From Rhodospirillaceae bacterium (GTDB lineage: Bacteria; Pseudomonadota; Alphaproteobacteria; CACIAM-22H2): 64,000 nt of DNA. The translations under genes and the position numbers were made by a program. This document shows positions 60,990 through 64,000 of the stretch, piece after piece. How positions within the stretch are numbered: the first letter of the stretch is position 1; every line of letters begins with the position of its first letter. The stretch is from the NCBI GenBank assembly GCA_022843945.1, contig JALHMR010000007.1, positions 116,546 to 180,545 of the forward strand, read 5' to 3'. The notes below the pieces were generated by a model. That model was not told the origin of the DNA. It was given only the letters and a program-made list of their open reading frames with translations, and ran no database searches.

Positions 60990-61176
60990 GCGCGCGCCGG
61001 GTGACCGGGATCACAGCCGGCCGCCAGCGGGCGGGCTAAGTCACGAATCCGGCACCCTTTCTTCCGCGTGCCCTGTCGGCTATCGTCCCGCTGGCACGGC
61101 ATGGCGGCGGGCAAGGGCGCCGGTCCATGTAACCACGCAATTTGGGGGCCTGCTGCCGATGGCGGCGGGTGCGTCG

Positions 61177-63843
61177 ATGGAAACCAGCCTGCATCGCTTT
61201 GTCATCAATCACTCCAAGAAGGAGACCGGCTTTCTTATTGCCCTGACGCTGCTCTCGCTGCCCATCTACTACATCACCCTCGACATCCCGAAGAACGTCT
61301 TCAACCAGGGCATCCTGGGCAAGGGCATCACCTTCCCCACGACCGTGTTCGGCGTGTCGATGGATCAGGTTGGCTACCTGTTCTGGCTATGCTTCCTGTT
61401 CTTCTGCTCGGTGATGGTGAACGGCGCCATCAAGCAGTACATCAACACCTACAAGGGCCGCCTGGGCGAGCGCCTGCTGCGCCGCCTGCGCTATGAGCTG
61501 GTGTCGCGCATCATGCGCTTCCCGCTGCCCCATTTCCGCAAGGTGTCGTCCGGCGAGCTGATCCCGATGATCACCGCCGAGGTCGAGCCGCTGGGCGGCT
61601 ACATGGGCGATGCCTTCGCCCAGCCGCTGATCCAGGCCGGCACGCTGGCGACCATCGCCACCTTCCTGTTCATCCAGAACTGGATGATGGGCATCGCGGC
61701 GATCGTCTTCTTCCCGCTGCAGGGCTACATCATCCCGAAAATGCAGCGCAAGGTGAACCAGCTCGGCAAGGAGCGGGTGCGCGCCATGCGCAAGGTCTCC
61801 GAGCGCATCGGCGAGGCGGTGGCCGGCGCGCACGAGATCCATGCCAACGGCACGGCGAATTACGAGCGCGCCGATTTCTCCGACCGGCTGGGCCGCGTCT
61901 TCAGCATCCGCTTCCAGATCTACATCCGCAAGGGCCAGGTCAAGTTCCTCAACAACTTCCTCAACCAGATGGCGCCGCTGCTCTTCTACTCGCTCGGCGG
62001 CTACCTGGTGATCCAGGGCGAGCTGACGGCGGGCGCGCTGGCCGCGGCGCTGACCGCGCACAAGGACATGTCGGCGCCGTGGAAGGAGCTGCTCGACTAC
62101 TACCAGCAGACGGCGGACTCGAAGATCAAGTACGAGCAGGTCACCGAGCAGTTCCGGCCGGAGAACATGTTCGACGAGGCGCTGCAGGTGCCGCTCAGTG
62201 AGGCGCCCAAGCGCCTGCGAGGCGATATCGTGGCCAACAACCTGGTGGTGGTCGACGAGAGCGCCACGCGGCTGCTCGACGGCATCACCGCGGCGATCAA
62301 GGCGGGGGAGAAGGTCGCCGTGGTCGGCCGGGTCGGCGGCGGCAAGGAAGCGCTGGCCATGGCGCTGGCCCGGCTCTACCTGCCGAGCGGCGGCAAGCTG
62401 ACCTACGGCGGCGCCGACGGTCTGACGCTGTCCGAGCCGATGCTGGGGGCCCGCCTGGGCTACGTGGCGCAGAACTCGTACCTGTTCTCGTCCAGTGTGC
62501 GCGACAACATCCTCTATGGGCTGCGCCAGCGGCCGATCGCGCCCAAGCAGCGCGAGCCGGCGGCCGAAGCCGAGCGCCAGAAGTTCCTGGCCGAGACCAG
62601 GCGCGCCGGCAATCTCGATCTCGACGGCGAGGCCGACTGGACCGACCTGGCAGCGGCCGAGATCAAGGATCCGTCGGCGCTCTCGTCGCGCATCGTCGAG
62701 GTGCTGATGGCCGTCGACCTCGAAGAGGACGTTTTCCAGCTCGGCCTGCGCGGCACGATCGATCCCAAGGCGCACCCGACCATCGCCGGGCGCATCCTCG
62801 AGGCCCGCAAGGGGCTGCAGCAGCGGCTCGACGACAAGGCGACCGAAGCGGGGATGAGAGGCCTGATCGAGCCGTTCCATCCCGAGCGCTACAACACCAA
62901 CGCGACCCTGGCGGAGAACCTGCTGTTCGGCACGCCCATCCAGCCGGCCTTCGAGGTCGACAGGCTGGCGACCAACTATGCCGTGCTCAAGGTGCTCGAC
63001 CAGGTCGGGCTGGCCGAGAAGCTGGTCGCCGCCGGGCGCGAAGTGGCCGCGGAAATGATCGAAATCTTCGCCGACCTGCCGCCGGATCACGAATTCTTCG
63101 AGCAGTTCGGTTTCATCTCCTCCGACGACCTGCCGGAGTTCCAGGCGATCCTGTCGCGCATCTCGCGCCCCGATACGCCGATGCTGCCCGAGGACCGCGC
63201 CCGGCTGATGACCCTGCCGTTCAAGCTGATTCAGACCCGCCACCGTCTCGACGTGCTGACCCCCGAGCTGAAGGACAAGGTTCTGGAGGCTCGCCAGGCG
63301 CTGCGCGCCAGCGAGGATCCGGTGGTCAAGGTCGGCGTCGAGTTCTTCGATCCCGACACCTACAACGCCGCGGCGACCATCCAGGACAACATCCTGTTCG
63401 GCAAGCTGGCCTACGGCCAGGCCAAGGCCAGCCAGCGCGTCGGCAAGGTGATCGAGGCGATCCTTAACGATCTCAACCTGCGCTCGACCGTGGTCGAGGT
63501 CGGGCTGGAATTCGCGGTCGGCGTCGGCGGCGCCAGGCTTGCGCCGCCGCAGCGGGCGAAGGTGGCGCTGGCCCGCGCGCTGCTCAAGCGGCCGGATGTG
63601 CTGATCGTCAACGAGGCGACGGCGATCCTCGACGCCCAGAGCCAGGCGCGCACGCTCGACGGCGTGCTCAAGGAATCCGACGGGCGCACCCTGATCTGGG
63701 TGTTGCACAATCCGACACATGCCAGCCGCTTCGACCGGGTGCTGGTGATCGGCGAGGGCCGGGTTATCGAGTCCGGGTCGGTCGGCGATCTGCAGAAGGA
63801 CGGCAGCGTGTTCGCCGAGCTGATGACCGCGGCGGCGGCGTAA
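61177..63843 (+). CDS. ABC exporter-like protein (type-I TMD + NBD) with degenerate Walker A/signature/Walker B and a ~300-aa insertion holding three Q-loop-like repeats
   Basis: The TMD is about 330 aa. Walker A is GRVGGGKEA (Glu where Ser/Thr is expected). The signature reads VGVGGARLAPPQRAKVALARALL (no LSGGQ) and Walker B is VLIVNEAT. Three repeats are YVAQNSYLFSSSVRDNILYG, IEPFHPERYNTNATLAENLLFG and VEFFDPDTYNAAATIQDNILFG. Confidence 0.8.
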   Translation: METSLHRFVINHSKKETGFLIALTLLSLPIYYITLDIPKNVFNQGILGKGITFPTTVFGVSMDQVGYLFWLCFLFFCSVMVNGAIKQYINTYKGRLGERLLRRLRYELVSRIMRFPLPHFRKVSSGELIPMITAEVEPLGGYMGDAFAQPLIQAGTLATIATFLFIQNWMMGIAAIVFFPLQGYIIPKMQRKVNQLGKERVRAMRKVSERIGEAVAGAHEIHANGTANYERADFSDRLGRVFSIRFQIYIRKGQVKFLNNFLNQMAPLLFYSLGGYLVIQGELTAGALAAALTAHKDMSAPWKELLDYYQQTADSKIKYEQVTEQFRPENMFDEALQVPLSEAPKRLRGDIVANNLVVVDESATRLLDGITAAIKAGEKVAVVGRVGGGKEALAMALARLYLPSGGKLTYGGADGLTLSEPMLGARLGYVAQNSYLFSSSVRDNILYGLRQRPIAPKQREPAAEAERQKFLAETRRAGNLDLDGEADWTDLAAAEIKDPSALSSRIVEVLMAVDLEEDVFQLGLRGTIDPKAHPTIAGRILEARKGLQQRLDDKATEAGMRGLIEPFHPERYNTNATLAENLLFGTPIQPAFEVDRLATNYAVLKVLDQVGLAEKLVAAGREVAAEMIEIFADLPPDHEFFEQFGFISSDDLPEFQAILSRISRPDTPMLPEDRARLMTLPFKLIQTRHRLDVLTPELKDKVLEARQALRASEDPVVKVGVEFFDPDTYNAAATIQDNILFGKLAYGQAKASQRVGKVIEAILNDLNLRSTVVEVGLEFAVGVGGARLAPPQRAKVALARALLKRPDVLIVNEATAILDAQSQARTLDGVLKESDGRTLIWVLHNPTHASRFDRVLVIGEGRVIESGSVGDLQKDGSVFAELMTAAAA

Positions 63844-63866
63844 AGCAGGGTGAGGGGAGACTGACG

Positions 63867-64000
63867 ATGTCGATCAAGGAAGAAGTCGAGGTCCTGCGCA
63901 ACATCCCGCTTTTCGCCAAGCTCGAATCGGCGAAGCTGAAGCTGCTGGCCTTCACCAGCGAGCGCCTGACCTTCGATACCGGGCAGCCGCTGTTCCAGCA
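63867..64000 (+). CDS. Cyclic nucleotide-binding domain protein (Crp/Fnr-like), partial at the 3' end
   Basis: MSIKEEVEVLRNIPLFAKLESAKLKLLAFTSERLTFDTGQPLFQ is a cNMP-binding N-terminus, with a GAGGGGAG RBS. Confidence 0.6.
   Translation, partial: MSIKEEVEVLRNIPLFAKLESAKLKLLAFTSERLTFDTGQPLFQ

Overview
This is a 64 kb high-GC (about 65-70 %) chromosomal segment that looks alphaproteobacterial in gene content and codon usage. Both strands are densely coding and most genes are core metabolism or housekeeping.

Reading 5' to 3' the window holds:
- a partial pccB
- an accessory islet of about 3.5 kb (positions about 1134-4700)
- rlpA, a Bug/TctC binding protein, an SDR, a PanE-like reductase, a polysaccharide deacetylase, rsuA, an rsmC-like methyltransferase and a DMT transporter
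- an NAD-binding protein and an amidohydrolase
- pccA, acyP, a TauE exporter, lipB, tRNA-Leu(GAG) and maeB
- a MerR regulator (putative LiuR) followed by a tightly packed 13-gene plus-strand leucine/isovalerate catabolic operon that includes ivd, a second ACAD, mccB, liuC, mccA and hmgL
- a CheY-like response regulator, serB, miaA, ilvIH, ilvC, a second Bug binding protein and leuA
- mreBCD-mrdA with no rodA, then tRNA-Lys(CTT), a cytochrome b561 protein with a C-terminal CxxCH extension, a cupin, a GNAT, prfC and an ABC-F ATPase
- a NUDIX / TRAP dctPQM / NUDIX unit in which the two NUDIX genes form a direct repeat of about 450 bp
- a second TauE, an 889-aa ABC exporter-like protein with degenerate ATPase motifs, and a partial cNMP-binding protein

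The best candidate for a novel system is the accessory islet. A sharply low-GC gene at 1182-2852 encodes a compact NACHT/STAND-type P-loop NTPase with an N-terminal Mrr/PD-(D/E)xK-like domain and C-terminal pentapeptide repeats. That architecture resembles bacterial NLR-like antiphage proteins. It sits beside a RelE/ParE-superfamily killer and its XRE antidote, an orphan HigA and a HicB-like remnant.

I saw no CRISPR array, rRNA, integrase or transposase. Coordinates for gene starts come from the ORF-track frames; where the window text appeared offset by 1-2 nt I kept the track frame.
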